Shown in pieces: positions 36,194-49,505 of a stretch of 64,000 nt of DNA; position 1 is the stretch's first letter, and the number at the start of each line of letters is the position of its first letter. The DNA is from Isurus oxyrinchus. Lineage: Eukaryota. Location: assembly GCA_026770705.1 (NCBI GenBank), contig JANJGN010000301.1:558001-622000 (forward strand). Direction: 5' to 3'. Below the pieces are notes generated by a model, which saw only the letters and a list, made by a program, of their open reading frames with translations, had not been told where the DNA came from and did no database searches. The position numbers and the translations under genes were made by a program.

Positions 36194-37164
36194 TGTGCTC
36201 GGTCCCCTATTATTTGTCATTTATATAAACGGCAGCGATGACTATGTGGGGGGTAGGATTAGTAAGTTTGCATATGATACAAAGATTGGCCGGGTAGTTA
36301 ACAGTGAGGTTGAGTGTCTTGGGGTACAGGAAGATATAGACGGGATGGTCAAATGGGCAGATAAGTGGCAGATGGAATTTAACCCTGAAAAGTCTGAGGT
36401 GATACACTTTGGAAGGAGTAATTTGACAGGGAAGTATTCACTGAATGGCATGGCACTAGGAAGTTCTGAGGAACAAAGGGACCTTGGCGTTTGTGTCCAT
36501 AGATCTCTGAAGGCACAGGGGCATGTTAGTGGGGCAGTGAAAAAGGCATATGGGACACTTGCCTTTATCAATCAAGGCATAGATTACAAAAGTAGGGAGG
36601 TCATGTTGGAGTTGTATAGAACCTTGGTGAGGTCACAGTTGGAGTACTGTGTGCAGTTCTGGTCGCCACATTATAAGAAGGATGTGATTGCACTGGAGGG
36701 GGTGCAGAGGAGATTCACCAGGATGTTGCCTGGGATGAAACATTTATGTTATGAAGAGAGGTTGAATAGACTTGGGTTGTTTTCGTTGGAGCAGAGAACA
36801 CTGAGGGGCGACCTGATCAAGGTGTACAAGATTATGAGGGGCATGGACAAGGTGGATAGGGAGTAGCTGTTCCCCTTAGTTGAAGGGTCAGTCACAAGGG
36901 GGCATAAGTTCAAACTAAGGGACAGGAGGTTTAGGGGGGATGTGAGGAAAAACTTTTTTACCCAGAGGGTGGTGACGGTCTGGAATGCACTGCCTGGGAG
37001 GGTGGTGGAGGCTTTAAAAAGTACCTGGATGAGCACTTGGCATGTCATAACATTCAAGGCTATGGGCCAAGTGCTGGTAAATGGGATTAGGTAGGTAGGT
37101 CAGGTGTTTCTCATGTGTCAGTGCAAACTTGATGGGCCGAAGGGCCTCTTCTGCACTGTGATTC
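36194..37164 (+). mobile_element. CR1 3' fragment nested in the older CR1 ORF1
   Basis: VLGPLLFVIYIN..SKFAYDTK..LEYCVQFWSPH, a long nearly open frame. Confidence 0.92.
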
Positions 37165-40100
37165 AGGGACAAATATCCTCACAAGGAGATTTTCTAATGC
37201 TGTTGGAGTGCAGGGGATGGGGCAGACGGGTTTGGTTTAAACTAGATTGGCAGGGGAATGGGAACCTGAGGGAAAATTCAGAGCAGGGAACAGGAGATGG
37301 AGAATTAATGAGTGACTCTGAAAGACAGAAGCAGCACAGGTTAAAAAATGTGCAGCACAGGAACTTGGCAGTGTTAAAATGTGTATTTGTAAATGCAAGG
37401 AACATAGTAAATAAAGCCGATGAGCTGAGGGCACAGGTAGGCACATGGCAGCATGATATCATTGGTATAATGGAAATCTGGCTTAAGGAAGGGCAAAAAT
37501 GGCAGCTCAACACACCTGTATATAGAGTTTTCAAGCAGGATAGGAGGGGGATAAAGAAGTTGGGGGTGCAGCATTATCAATTAAAGGATCAATTACAGCT
37601 GTGAGGAGGGATGCTATACTAAATGAAGCATCAAATGAGGCCATATGGGTTGACCTCAGAAATAAAAAAGGGCAGCCACACTGCGAGGAGTGTACTATCA
37701 ACCTCCAAATTGTGGAAGGGAGTTAGAAGAGCAAATATGTGGACACATTTCTGAGTGCAAAAACAACAGGGCAGTAATAGTTGGGGACTTCAACTACCCT
37801 AATATCAATTGGGATAGGAACACAGTGTGAAGGATACAGAGGGCGCACAGTTCTTGAACTGCATTCAAGAGAACCTTTCTGGCCAGCGCGTAACAAGCCC
37901 AGTGAGACTGGGTGCAATTCTAGAATTAGTCTTAAGAAATGAAGCTGGGCAAGTGGATGAAGTAGCAGTGGGAACCACTTTGGAGATAGTGACCATAATC
38001 TGGTTAGATTTAGCATCATTACAGAAAAGGACAAAGATAGAACAGGAGTAAATGTTCTAAATTAGGGGATGACAAATTTTCCAAAGCTGAGAGGTGAGCT
38101 GGCAAGAGTGGACTGGATACGGCTATTAGAAGGAAAAACTGTCAAATCAGTAGGAGGCATTCAAGATTCTATGGGCACAGTGTAGACGTGTCCTTTCAAA
38201 GAAAAAGGGTGGTACTGCCAAATCTAGATCTCCCTGGTTGTTCAGAAGAATACAGGCCAAGATAAAGCACAAAAAGAAAACTTATGATAATCACAAAAGA
38301 CTTACTGTAGGAGGCTTAGAGGAGTATAGAAAGTACGGGGGTGAAGTAAAAATGGAAATTAGGAAAGTAAAGAGAGGATTTAAAAAAATATTGGCAGGTA
38401 AAATCAAAGAAAATCCTAATATGTTTTACCAGTACATTAAGAGCAAGAGAATAACTAAGGAAAAGCTAGGGCCAATCAGAGATGTACAAGGTAGCTTGTG
38501 GTGAGGGCAGGGTTCTCAACAAGTACTTTGTCTTTGTCTTCATTAAGGAGAGGGATGATACAGACATTCCAGTTAAAGAGGAGTGTGAATTATTAGATAC
38601 AATAATCATAGTGAGAGAGGAAGTACTGGAGGGGCCGGCAGCCTTGAAGACGGATATATCACCAGAGCCGGATGGATTGTATCCCAGGCTGTTGAATGAA
38701 GCCAGGGAGGAAATTGCAGATGTTCTGAAGATCATTTTCCAATCCTCACTAGATATAGGTGAGGTCCCAGAGAATTGGAGGTCTGTGAACATTGTACCAC
38801 TATTTAAAAAGGGTGCAAGGGATAGGCCAGAAAATTATAGGCCAGTCAGTCTGACTTCTGTGGTGGGCAAATTATTAGAAACAATTCTGACAGGATAACT
38901 TGTCCCTTAGAAAGACACAGATTGATCAGGGATAGTCAGCATGGTTTTGTCAGGGGGATATCATGTCTTACTAACTTAACAGAATTTTTTGAGGAAGTGA
39001 CAAGGATTGATGAGAATATTGCAGTGGATGTTGTCTACATGGATTTCAGTAAGATATTTGACAAGGTCCCACATGGCCGACTAGTCAGGAAAGAGATCTC
39101 ATGGGATACGGGGGAAGGTGGCAGGTTGGATCCAAAGTTGGTTCAGTGACAGGAAACAAAGCGTAATTGTCAATGGCTGGTTTTGTGAAGGAAAAATGGT
39201 TTCCTGTGGTGTTCCACAGGGCTCAGTGTTGGGGCCCTAGCTGTTTGTTGTGTATATTAATGATTCAGACTGAAATGTGGGAGGCATGATTGGGAAATTC
39301 GCATATGATATAAAAAAAGGCTATGTAGTTGATAGTGAAGAGGATAGCTGTTGACTCCAGAATGATATCAATGGTTTGGTCGAGCGGGCGGAGAAGTGGC
39401 AAATGGAATTCAATCCTGAAGAGCTGGAGGTAATGCATTTGGAGTGAGCAAATAAAGCAAGGGCATTCTCAATAAATGGGAAGTTATTGAGAGGGGTTGA
39501 GGAACTGAGAGACCATGGAGTGCATGTCCATAGGTCCTTGAAGTTGGCAGGACAGGTGGACATGGTGGTAAAGAGAGCATATGGAATGCTTTCCTTTAGT
39601 GGGTGAGTTACTGAACACCAAAACAGGCTGTAATAATAAAACTGTATCAAACGTTGGTTAGGCCACAGCTGGAATTTTGTGTACAGTTCTGGTCACATTA
39701 TAGTAAGGACACAAATGCTCTGGAGAGAGTACAGAGGAGATTTACAAGAATGTTTCCAGGGCTTGAAAATTGCAGCTATGAGAGAGATTGGATAGGCTAG
39801 GGTTGTTTTCCTTTGAACAGAGGAGACTAAGCAGTGACCTAGTTGAGGTGTACAAAATTATGAGGGGCCAAGATAGGGTAGACAGGAAAGACTTGTTTCC
39901 CCTAGCTGAGGGGTCAATTACCAGGGGGCACAGATTTCAGGTGGTAGAAAGGTTAGAGGGGGACATAAGGCAAATCGTTTTCACCTAGAGGGTGGTGGGC
40001 ATCTGGAATTCACTGCCTAAATTGGTGGTTGAGGCTGAAAAGCTCAAGTCATTTATAAGGTACATGGATCTGCATCTGAAACACTGTAACCTGCAACACT

Positions 40101-42625
40101 ACCGACCAGGTGCTGGAAAGTAGGATTAAAATGAACAGTTAGTTTCTTTACTTTTTTTTGGCCGGTGCAGATGTAACGAGCTGAATGGTCTCTTTCTGCA
40201 CCGTAACTTTTCTATAGTTCTACCAACTTATATATGTCCTTTTGAAATTCTTCACTCAGTTCACAATTCTTCCAAGTTTTGTATCATCTGCAAACTTTGA
40301 AGTTGTACCCTGTACACCAAGGTCTAGGTTATAAAACTGGTGACTCAGGCACTCACTCCTTCACTCTAATTCTAACAAATAATGCAGCTCACAACAGCAT
40401 ATCAGTAATAATGACTTTATTAGTCATTTTGAATATATGGAAAGGATCACCTTTTCCCAATTGTGGAGAACAGAAAGTCCAGTGGTTAGTTCAGAGCTTC
40501 CTTCTCCCCAGGTCTATTCTAACAAGTTGTGACTATCTGAGTTACATTTATACAGACTCACTCACTCAGTCAGTGATCAGGTCTGACTGAGCGACAACAA
40601 CATCAACAACAACTTATATTTATATTGAGCTTTTAACATAATAAGACATCCCAAGGAGTTTGACAGGAGCATAAGGACATATTAGGTAAGATGACCAAAA
40701 GCTTGGTTAAAGAGGTCGGTTATAAGGAGTGTCTTAAAGGAGGAAAGTGAAGTAGAAAGGTGGACAGGCTTAGGAAGGAAATTCCAGAGCGTAGGGCCCA
40801 GGCAGCTGAAGGCACAGCCAGTAATGGTGGAGTGATTTAGATTAGAGATGAAGGACATTGAGTAATGGTGCTCCATGTATGTGGGCCCGATAGCCCAGGC
40901 TCAAGGCCTAAATCTGAACTTTGCGACATAGTTTGGCCATCGCTGGTCTCAGAGAAAAGCAATTCCTCATATAAACATCTTGTAAGATCTTTGTTTATTG
41001 ATAACAGAAAAAGTTAGCATCAGTTGAGTCCTCCTGTGTACTCGATGGGGATTGACTTTAACAGATTTAAAATCCCCTGGATTTCAGTGATACAACAAGA
41101 ATGGTTTAATAAAAAGAAAACATATATAAATCCTGGAAAACTAAAAGAACAAAAATGGGGAAATACACAGCAGCTCAATCATTTCAAAGTGATAAATGAA
41201 TGGTCACTGGTTCAGGTGGGACTGTTTCAGGATGAATACTTCCCACCAGCAGCACCAACCCCCTCCCCCCCTCCCGTTCACTGAATATTCCTTCACCCAC
41301 TCATCCACCAATTGCACATCCACCCAATGGCTCCCAGCCCGGATTGACATTCAACATGAACCCAGTGAGAGGGTGAGCTGGCCCTCGGGATGTCAGAGCT
41401 GGAAATGGTTCCAATCAATACATTTTCTGTGCTATTACTTAAAAAGGAAATTAATATTTTATCAAACTCCCCTGTGCACCCTTGGTGAATTACAATTTCC
41501 AGCCCAGACCCTTCCTATTGCTTCTACATGGTGCATCCTGTGTGGTTTCAGCAGAGGGAGAGACAGGCTGCTCACATCCCTGCTCTCACTGCCAAGACGC
41601 TTGTAGTCTCCACCCTCTGGGTTTCAGAGCCCTTCAGGGTCCCGGCAAAGACTGACCCACCTGTATCTGTGCAGGGGCAGATTCAGCTGGTGGGAGATGG
41701 GGCATTGTGTAGGCTACTGCCTGGGGGGTACGTATGTTGGGTGGGGAGTGCATGAGCATTGGGAACGCTTTTGAGTAAAGTTCCCACTTCCAGGTCTCCT
41801 TTCTCCATCATCCCTCTCCTGGACTAGAGTCACATCATTCCTCCCACTCTGCTGCAGACCAGCTTGGTGGAGATCAGTGACGTGCTGTAAGGTCACAGAT
41901 GCAGTGTCTGTCATCCTGTTTAAGGCAGCAGACATCTCCTGCACGGCTGTGGTCATGACCTGCACAGGCCTATTTCAGAGCCGTTCTTGAAGCTCCATGG
42001 AGGCAACCCCTCTCCATGACAGACAGTCTCTGGAACCTCCTCCAGCCCTACAACCCTCTGAGCTCCTTATGCTCCTCCAATTGTGACCCTTTCCATTACT
42101 CCACCATTGGAGACCGTGATTTCAACTCCCGAGGTCCTGAGCTCTGGAATTCCCTCCCTAAACCTCTCCCTCTCCTTCCTTAAAATACTTCTAAAAATCT
42201 ACCTCTTTGACAAAGTTTTTGATCATCTGTGAAGCACCTTGACATGTTTTACTATGTTAAAGGTTCGATAATAATGCAACTTATTGTTGTTATTGCATTG
42301 TGTTGGTAGATTCAGGAATGTCACACAAACATTTTCAATCCTCGTACCATACTCACTGGAAATCTAAAGCTGCCGTTTCACTTTCAGTCAGGAACAGATC
42401 AGTTTTACACCAATCTCTGATTTGACAGCACATTTCCAGTATTCACCGTTGTTCTTCCTGACTCTAAACCCAATTGTAAAGATACCTTCTCTTCCATGTC
42501 TAGGAGCTATGAATGATGGAAGAGAGCGGCTGGGACACATTTCTTACATATCTCAGAATTAAACCACACGTTCAGTCCTGGATGTGATTCACAGCAGCTG
42601 AAACAGCAGAATCCAACCCCTGCAG

Positions 42626-43396
42626 TCACTCGTGAACCTGCTGGTGTCTCCGCAAGTGGGATGACTGAGTGAATCCCTTCCCACACACAGAGCAGGTGAA
42701 CGGCCTCTCCCCACTGTGAGTGCGTCGGTGTCTGTGCAAATGAGATGACCGAATGAATCTCTTCCCACACTCAGGGCAGGTGAACGGCTTCTCCCCAGTG
42801 TGAACTCGCTGGTGGGTCAGCAGGGTGGTTGACACACGGAATCCCTTCCCACACTCAGAGCAGGTGTACGGCTTCTCCCCAGTGTGAGTGCGCTGATGTA
42901 TCAGCAGTGTGAATGACCGAGCAAATCCCTTCCCACACTCAGAGCAGATGAATGGCCTCTCCCTAGTGTGAGTATGCTGGTGTGTCAGCAGGTGGGCTGA
43001 CTGAGTGAATCCCTTCCCACATTCAGAGCAAATGAACGGTCTCTCCCCAGTGTGAACTTGCTGGTGCGCAGTGAGTTGAGATGATCGCCTGAACCCAGTT
43101 CCGCAGTGAGAGCATATGAACGGTTTCTCTTCAGTGTGAACACGTTGATGGGATCTCAGTTCCCCGGAATTTTTAAAGCACATCCCGCAATCTGGGCATT
43201 TAAATGGTCTCTCCCCAGTGTGAGTTCGCTGGTGGGTATGTAAGCTGGATAACTGAGTGAATCCCTTCCCACATACGGAGCAGGTGAACGGCCTTTCCCC
43301 GGTGTGACTGCGTCGATGAATTTCCAGCACAGACGGGGATCTGAAGCCCTTCCCACAGTCCCCACATTTCCATGGTTTCTCCGTGGTGCAGGTGCC
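42626..43396 (-). CDS. C2H2 zinc-finger ORF, 9 intact fingers, family start ATG mutated to ACG (ZNF-D, gene or young pseudogene)
   Basis: 257 codons open after TAG at 43397-43399. [14 protein letters not shown] where paralogs have MEKPWKC. Confidence 0.65.
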   Translation of the reverse strand, partial: GTCTTEKPWKCGDCGKGFRSPSVLEIHRRSHTGERPFTCSVCGKGFTQLSSLHTHQRTHTGERPFKCPDCGMCFKNSGELRSHQRVHTEEKPFICSHCGTGFRRSSQLTAHQQVHTGERPFICSECGKGFTQSAHLLTHQHTHTRERPFICSECGKGFARSFTLLIHQRTHTGEKPYTCSECGKGFRVSTTLLTHQRVHTGEKPFTCPECGKRFIRSSHLHRHRRTHSGERPFTCSVCGKGFTQSSHLRRHQQVHE

Positions 43397-44319
43397 CTAT
43401 CTCTCCAGGTTGGATGATAGGTTAAAGACTTGTCTACATACAGAACACGTGTACAGTTTCTCCCCACTGTGAATGGTGCGATGTTTTTTCAGGCTGTGTA
43501 ACTGATTAAAGCTCTTTCCACATTCAGTTCCCTGGGGCACTCACACCAGCGCTTTTCCAGTCACACTGATGTTTGAAATCATGCCACAAAGTAGACAAAC
43601 TTTTCTCCTTCCACATTCAAAGTCTGATGGAATTCAGGGCCTGATGAATCGAGTGACTCTGTTAAATCTTGAAAGTTGGAGTTTCCTGTCTGTAAATACT
43701 CCAATTCTAATGCTTGAAAATGGAGTCACTGTAAGAAGACGACAGAAATTCAGAACAGGCAATTCTAGTTTCTAAGGAACAATTTTCCCCAAGGCTGTAA
43801 ATCCCCGTCCCACACAATCTTCCCCCTCCCTGGGCTGAAATCCAAACCCATCTCACCATCTCTTTCTTCCACCCCCAGCTTTCTCCCTCTCTCTATTCTG
43901 ACTGGGTTCAGGGCTCCAACCCTTCTGTGCATAGTAAAGTGAATCAGTCAATCATTTCTCTCCTGGTCACTGGAACCCTGAAGCTCTGCCCATTGTCTGT
44001 TTCCTCTTGAAGATGGTCACGCATGCACCCTGCCAGCTGAAAATGCCTCTCCCAAGATGCTGGCCAGTTGCCTGGGTGATCTGGGCCTGTCACCGAAGAA
44101 GACCCACCCCTCTGATTCATCCTGACTCCCTTTCTTAAGCAGTCCCTCAGGATTGAGGATGATTTGCTTCCATTCTCGTTCAATTGGCTTAGAGCTAAGT
44201 CCAAGGCATATTCAGCAAACTCTGTCATATATAGGCAGGTGGTGATTGAAGGGTTGGATAGATAAGGTGTTGGTGGGTTATGTGCTTTCTGATGCCTCAA
44301 CCTGGCCCCTGTATATGTG

Positions 44320-45310
44320 GTTTCGTCAGCGCTGTCAAGACCATCTACGACCCAAGCACTCAAGGGCCAACCCCACCAAGAGCCAAGCATGGAGGGAACC
44401 TCTTCAAGGAGAGGGAGGCAGTCAGTACTCACTGGAGAGAACATTATGGAGAACTCCTCAACCAAGGCCCTGTTGTTGACTTGAATGTCTTCAACTCCAT
44501 TCCTCAATACCCCATCTTGCTCAGTCTCGGTGCTACCACAGTCCAGGATGAAAATGAAAAAGTTATTTGACAGCTGAAAAACAACAAGATCTGGAGCAGA
44601 TGGAATCCCGGATAAAATTCTGAAACATGGCAAAGTTACGCTGCTGGCTGGACAATCTGATATTCCTTACTGGGAAGAAGGATGCATGCCGGGGGATCTC
44701 TGGGACACTCTGATTGTGGCTGTATTCAAGAAGAGAGACAAGTCCGAATGCGGTAATTACAGAGGAACCTCCCTGCTGCCTGCCACAGGGAAAATCATTA
44801 CAAGGATCCTCAACCACTTTCTCTTAGTGGCCAAAGAGTTCCTTCCAGATTCACAGTGCAGTTTTCCCCAATCGAGAGGCACAACAGACATAATCTTTAC
44901 TGGTCAGCAAACCCAAGAAAAATCCAAGGAACAGCACCAATTGCTGTACTTGCCCTTTTTCAACCTGACAGAAGTCTTTTACACTTTCAAACGTGAAGTT
45001 TTATGCAGTATTCTCCTCAATCTCGGCTGCCCTCAGAACTTTATCACTATCCTCTGCCTACTCCACAATGACATGAAACCCGTGATCCTCATCAACGGAA
45101 CCACCAGAAATCCTATCTCAGTGAAGCTGGGGTCAGACAAGACTATGTCATTGCACCAAATCCATTCTCCATTTTCCTCTCTGCATCTCACCTTGAGCTA
45201 TTTACCCCCAAGCATGGAGATAATCTAAAGAACAGACAGGAAACCTATACCGCCTTCAAAACAAAAACAGAATCAGTCCAACCTCAGACATTGAGCTCCA
45301 GGGTGCAGAT
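44320..45310 (+). mobile_element. RTE-clade LINE RT fragment
   Basis: HWREHYGELLN, FKKRDKSECGNYRGTSLL, LPDSQCSF..RGTTDIIF. Confidence 0.88.
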
Positions 45311-45414
45311 GCTTTATCTGTTTGTTAAATCCAAACCGCATTGATTCCATAACCGTTAATATCCTTGCCTCATAAACATCCAGCAATCTCAGTTTTTCAA
45401 TTTTCAATACCTAG

Positions 45415-46445
45415 CACCAAAGGAAGATGGCTGAGGTTGTTGGAGGTCCATCATCTCAGCTCTAGGACATCACTACAGAAATTCTTCAGGGTAGCGAGCT
45501 AGGCCTAACCATCTTCAGTTGCTTCATCAATGACCTTCTTTCCATCATGAGGTCAGAGGTGGGGATGTTCGCTGACAATTGCACAATGTTCAGCACCATT
45601 CACGACAGCTGATACTGAAGCAGTCCATGTCCAAATGCAGCAAGACCTGGACAATATCCAGGCTTGGGCTGACATGTGGCAAATCACATTTGCGTCACAG
45701 AAGGCAATGACCATCTCTAACAGGAGAGAATCTAACCATCAAGACTTGACATTCAATGGCATTACCATCGCTGAATCCCCCACTATTAATATTCTGGGAG
45801 TTACCATTGACAGAAACTGAATTCGACTATCCATATAAATACTGTGGCTACAAAAGCAGGTCAGAGGCTAGGAATCCTGTGGTGAGTAAGATACTTCCCA
45901 ACTCCCCAAAGCCTGTCCACCATCTACTAGGCACAAGTCAGGAGTGCGATGGAATACTCCCCACTTGCCTGGATGAGTGTAGCTCCCACAATATTCAAGA
46001 AGCTTGACACCATCCAGGACAAAGCAGCCTGCTTGATTGCCACCCCATCCACAAATATTCATTCCCTCCACCACCAATGAAGCATGGCAGCAATGTGTAC
46101 CATCCAGAAGATGCACTGGAGGAACTCACCAAGGCTCTTTCACAGCAGCACCTTCCAAACTCATGGCTGCTGTGATGTAGAAGGACAAGGGCAGCAGACA
46201 CATGGGAACACCATCACCTGGAAATTCTCCTCCAAGCCACTCACAATCCTAACTTGGAAATACATCGGCCGTCCCTTCACTGTCGCTGGCTCAAAATCCT
46301 GGAACTCCCTACCTAAGAGCACTGTGGGTGTACCTACACCACAATGACTGCAGCGGTTCAAGTGGGCAGCTAACCAACACCTTCTTAACGGTAAATAAGG
46401 ATGAACATTAAATGCTGGCCCAGCCAGTGACGCCCACATCCCATT
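45415..46445 (+). mobile_element. CR1/L2-group LINE 3' part, tail shared with the local SINE family
   Basis: QGSELGLTIFSCFINDL, MFADNCTMF, MQQDLDNIQAWADMWQ, SKSWNSLP. Tail ..gctggcccagccagtgacgcccacatccc. Confidence 0.88.
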
Positions 46446-46939
46446 AATCAATTTTTTAAAAATTGACGAAATCTCAACAGAATTCCAGATTTTCCCTGTA
46501 TTTTCTGTGAAGTGATTTCTGACATTGTTTCTGAACAGCCGAGTCTCAGTTACATAAATAAATATAAATAATAAATGATTTGTACATTTAAATGGTAACA
46601 ATTATTTAACTCTTAACTAGTCATGCAACATTTTTTTAGAAAAACATAATTTTAGTAAAATACTGTGGATGCTGGAAATCTGAAATAAAAACAGAAATTT
46701 CTGGAAATCCTCAGCAGGTTTGGCAGCTTCTGTGAAGAGAGAGAGAAACAGATTTAACATTTCCAATCCAATATGATTCTTCTTCAGAACTGAGTATTTC
46801 CAGCATTCTGATTTCATTTTAAACACATAATTGATATAAACTTTATTGTCCTTACAGGTATCTGGATGTAAATCTGATTTCAGACCTTTCCTCTGAACAG
46901 TTTTCAAACTGACTCCAGCTCATTGTCCTTCACTAAAGA

Positions 46940-47490
46940 CCCGGATGGAAAACCCTCAAAACAAGATGGCGGCGGCCGGTTGCCCGGGTAACCCGGGTCT
47001 GTCACCAGGAAGGAAGCCCCTCCTCCCTGATCCGCCCTGACTCCCACTCGCAAGATAGCGGCCAGTGAGCCCGCTGCCCCCGGGCCTGTCACCGCGAGGA
47101 AAAAGTCCAGTTTCCGGCTGGAATTTGTGACAAATCAGCTTTCAAAATGATGCAGAGTTTCAGCCAATGAGGGAGATCCGTGATGAGCCCCGCCTCTCAT
47201 TCACTCGGATTGGTGGAAGACCTGTCGCTGCCTTTCGAGCCTCCTGTGCTGCCCCCTCTTGCTGTTGGTCTGGACCTGCCATCAATCACCGGCCTTTGTG
47301 AGTTGAAGCATGCGCAATGCTAATGCTGTAGCTGGAGTGAGGCATGTCGGCCTCAAACCTGAAAAAGAAGCTTCTGGTCCCGCGTTTGTATCGAGTGGGG
47401 GAAACAGGCGCGGCTTCTCCCGGCGACAGGCCTGAGTTAATGCGGGTTCTCCCGGCGACAGGCCTGAGTTAACGGCCGGCATCTTTATAC
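46940..47490. promoter_or_regulatory. Putative bidirectional promoter between ZNF-D (-) and ZNF-E (+)
   Basis: CpG-rich. YY1 CAAGATGGCGGC 46962-46973, opposite-sense GCCGGCATCTT 47475-47485, NRF1-type GCATGCGCA 47308-47316, GC and CCAAT boxes. Confidence 0.7.
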
Positions 47491-47904
47491 AGGCAGCAAA
47501 CCAGCAGGAGGCAAAAAATCAAAGAGAGAGTTTGTTGTGAAATCAATGGGTTGTTGTAAATCAGGAGGTCAGGGTTATAGCCAACAACTTCCATTTATAT
47601 AGAGCCTTTACCATCAGGAACCATCCCAGTGCAATTCACAGGAAAACTATAAAACAAAGTGTGACACCGAGACACATGAGGAGATATGAGGGCAGGTGAC
47701 CAAAAGCTTGGTCAAAGAGGTAGGTTTTAAAAAGTGTCTGAAAGGAGGAAAGTGAGGTAGAGACGGAGAGATGTAGGGAGGGAATTCCAGAGCTTGGGGC
47801 TGAGGGAACAAAACACGGCGACCAGGGGTGGAGAAACCACCTTCACGTTGCTCATTAAATCTCCACACAATAAGTTCTGGACACAAGGCTAATGTGTTAT
47901 TCTG

Positions 47905-48205
47905 TATCAAAACAAAAACACCTGGAAAAACTCAGCAGGTCTGACAGCATCTGCGGAGAGGAATACAGTTAACGTTTCGAGTCTGAATGACTCTTCATCA
48001 GAACTAAGGAAAAATAGAAAAGAGGTGAAAGAGAAGCTGGTTTAAGGGTGTGGTGGTGGGGGGTGGGACAGGTAGAGCTGGATGGAGGGCCAGTGATAGG
48101 TGGAGATTGCCAAAAGATGTCATAGACAAAAGGACAAAGAGAAGTGCTGAGTTTTTCTCAGTATTTTTGTTTTTGTTTTGGATTTCCAGCATCTGCAGTT
48201 TTTTG
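47905..48205 (-). mobile_element. Penelope-like terminal fragment with inverted end
   Basis: 47905-48140 is the reverse complement of about 62360-62587. 48145-48205 is an inverted copy of the terminus. Confidence 0.8.
47966..48006 (-). ncRNA. Minimal type I hammerhead ribozyme motif
   Basis: Reverse complement UAGUU CUGAUGA A GAGUC AUUCA GACUC GAAAC GUU AACUG gives helix I, core, helix II and a palindromic helix III. Confidence 0.65.
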
Positions 48206-48509
48206 CTTTTATCTTATGTATGGTCAGTCAGAGTGTTTCAGATTAATCTTTTAACATGAATAATGAATGAAGTGAATTATCAAACATGTTGTTATCTCTA
48301 GTTGTACAAATTTGTTAAAAGGATACAGAAAGAATTATCCAATACTTTATCTGCATTTCAGCCCAGGGAGAAGGGAGAGTGTGTGCAATGGGGTTCTGCA
48401 GCTTTGAGGAATAAGAGAGGAAAAAAATGTTCCATTGTAACTAGAATTGTCTGTTCTGAATTTCTATCCTCTCCTGACAGAGATGACTTGTGTAAATCCC
48501 TTTTACAGG

Positions 48510-49505
48510 ATATTAGAAGGAGAGAATTTGTAGACACAATTTGAATCGAACATCACATCAAGATCTGACAGTCACTTGATTCATCAGGACCTGAATATCA
48601 TCAGCCCTTGAATGTGTAATGAAAAATGTTTGTTCGTGGGAAAAGGTTTCAAACATCAGTGTGACTGGAAAAACACCGAGACACACACACACCAGAGTGA
48701 GAGTATTCCAGTGCACTGACTGTGGAAAGAGCTTTAACTGGTTACACAACTGGAAAAAAAAGTTACATCATTTACAATGGGGAGGAACTGTTGTGTATGT
48801 GAAAAAGGCTTCATCTGATCATCAAACACCATAGAGAAACCATGGAAATGTGGGGACTGTTTGCAGGCATTCACTACCCCCTCCAAGCTGGAAACTCATC
48901 GACGCACTCACACTGGGGAGAGACCATTCACCTGTTCTGAGTGTGGGAAGGGATTCACTCAGTCATACAGCCTAGCATTACACCAGCGAGTTCATTAAGG
49001 GGAGAGGCCATTCACCTGCTCCGTGTGTGGGAAGAGATTTGTTAATTCTTCCAACCTTCTGAGACACCAGCACGTACACAGTGAGGAAAAACCATTCATT
49101 TGCTCTTATTGTGGAAAGACCTTCAGTCTTTCAACCATCCTCATCTCACACCAGCGAGTTCACACCGGGGAGAGGCCATTCATCTGCTCCGTGTGTGGGA
49201 AGGGATTCACTGAGTCAGCTAACCTAGCATTACATCAGCGAGTTCACACTGGGGAGAGGCCATTCACCTGCTCCGTGTGTGGGAAGGGATTTATTAATTC
49301 ATCCAATCTGGTGTCCCACCAGCGAGTTCACACTGAGGAGAAACCGTTCAGCTGCACTTCCTGTGGAAAGAGCTTCAAGCATTCAAGTAATCTCAGTGTG
49401 CACCTGCGAGTTCACACAGGAGAGAGGCCATTCACCTGCTCCCATTGTGGGAAGGGATTCACTTGTTCCTCTCACCTGGTGAGGCATCAGCGACTTCACA
49501 AGTGA
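48510..49505 (+). pseudogene. C2H2 zinc-finger pseudogene (ZNF-E), 8 fingers
   Basis: Start ATG changed to ATA at about 48831, TAA at 48996-48998, six intact fingers downstream. Confidence 0.85.

Larger units (their letters stand above)
34965..40222 (+). mobile_element. Near full-length decayed CR1 LINE (esterase-like ORF1 plus APE/RT ORF2) with two nested insertions
   Basis: ORF1 [40 protein letters not shown]2 CVFVNARNIVNKADEL, NYRPVSLTSVVGKLLE, YMDFSKIFDKVPH, then 3' tail. Confidence 0.9.

Noticed and set aside
43944-44633. 229-aa minus-strand ORF
   Set aside because: Antisense to RTE and other repeat remnants, with no domain.
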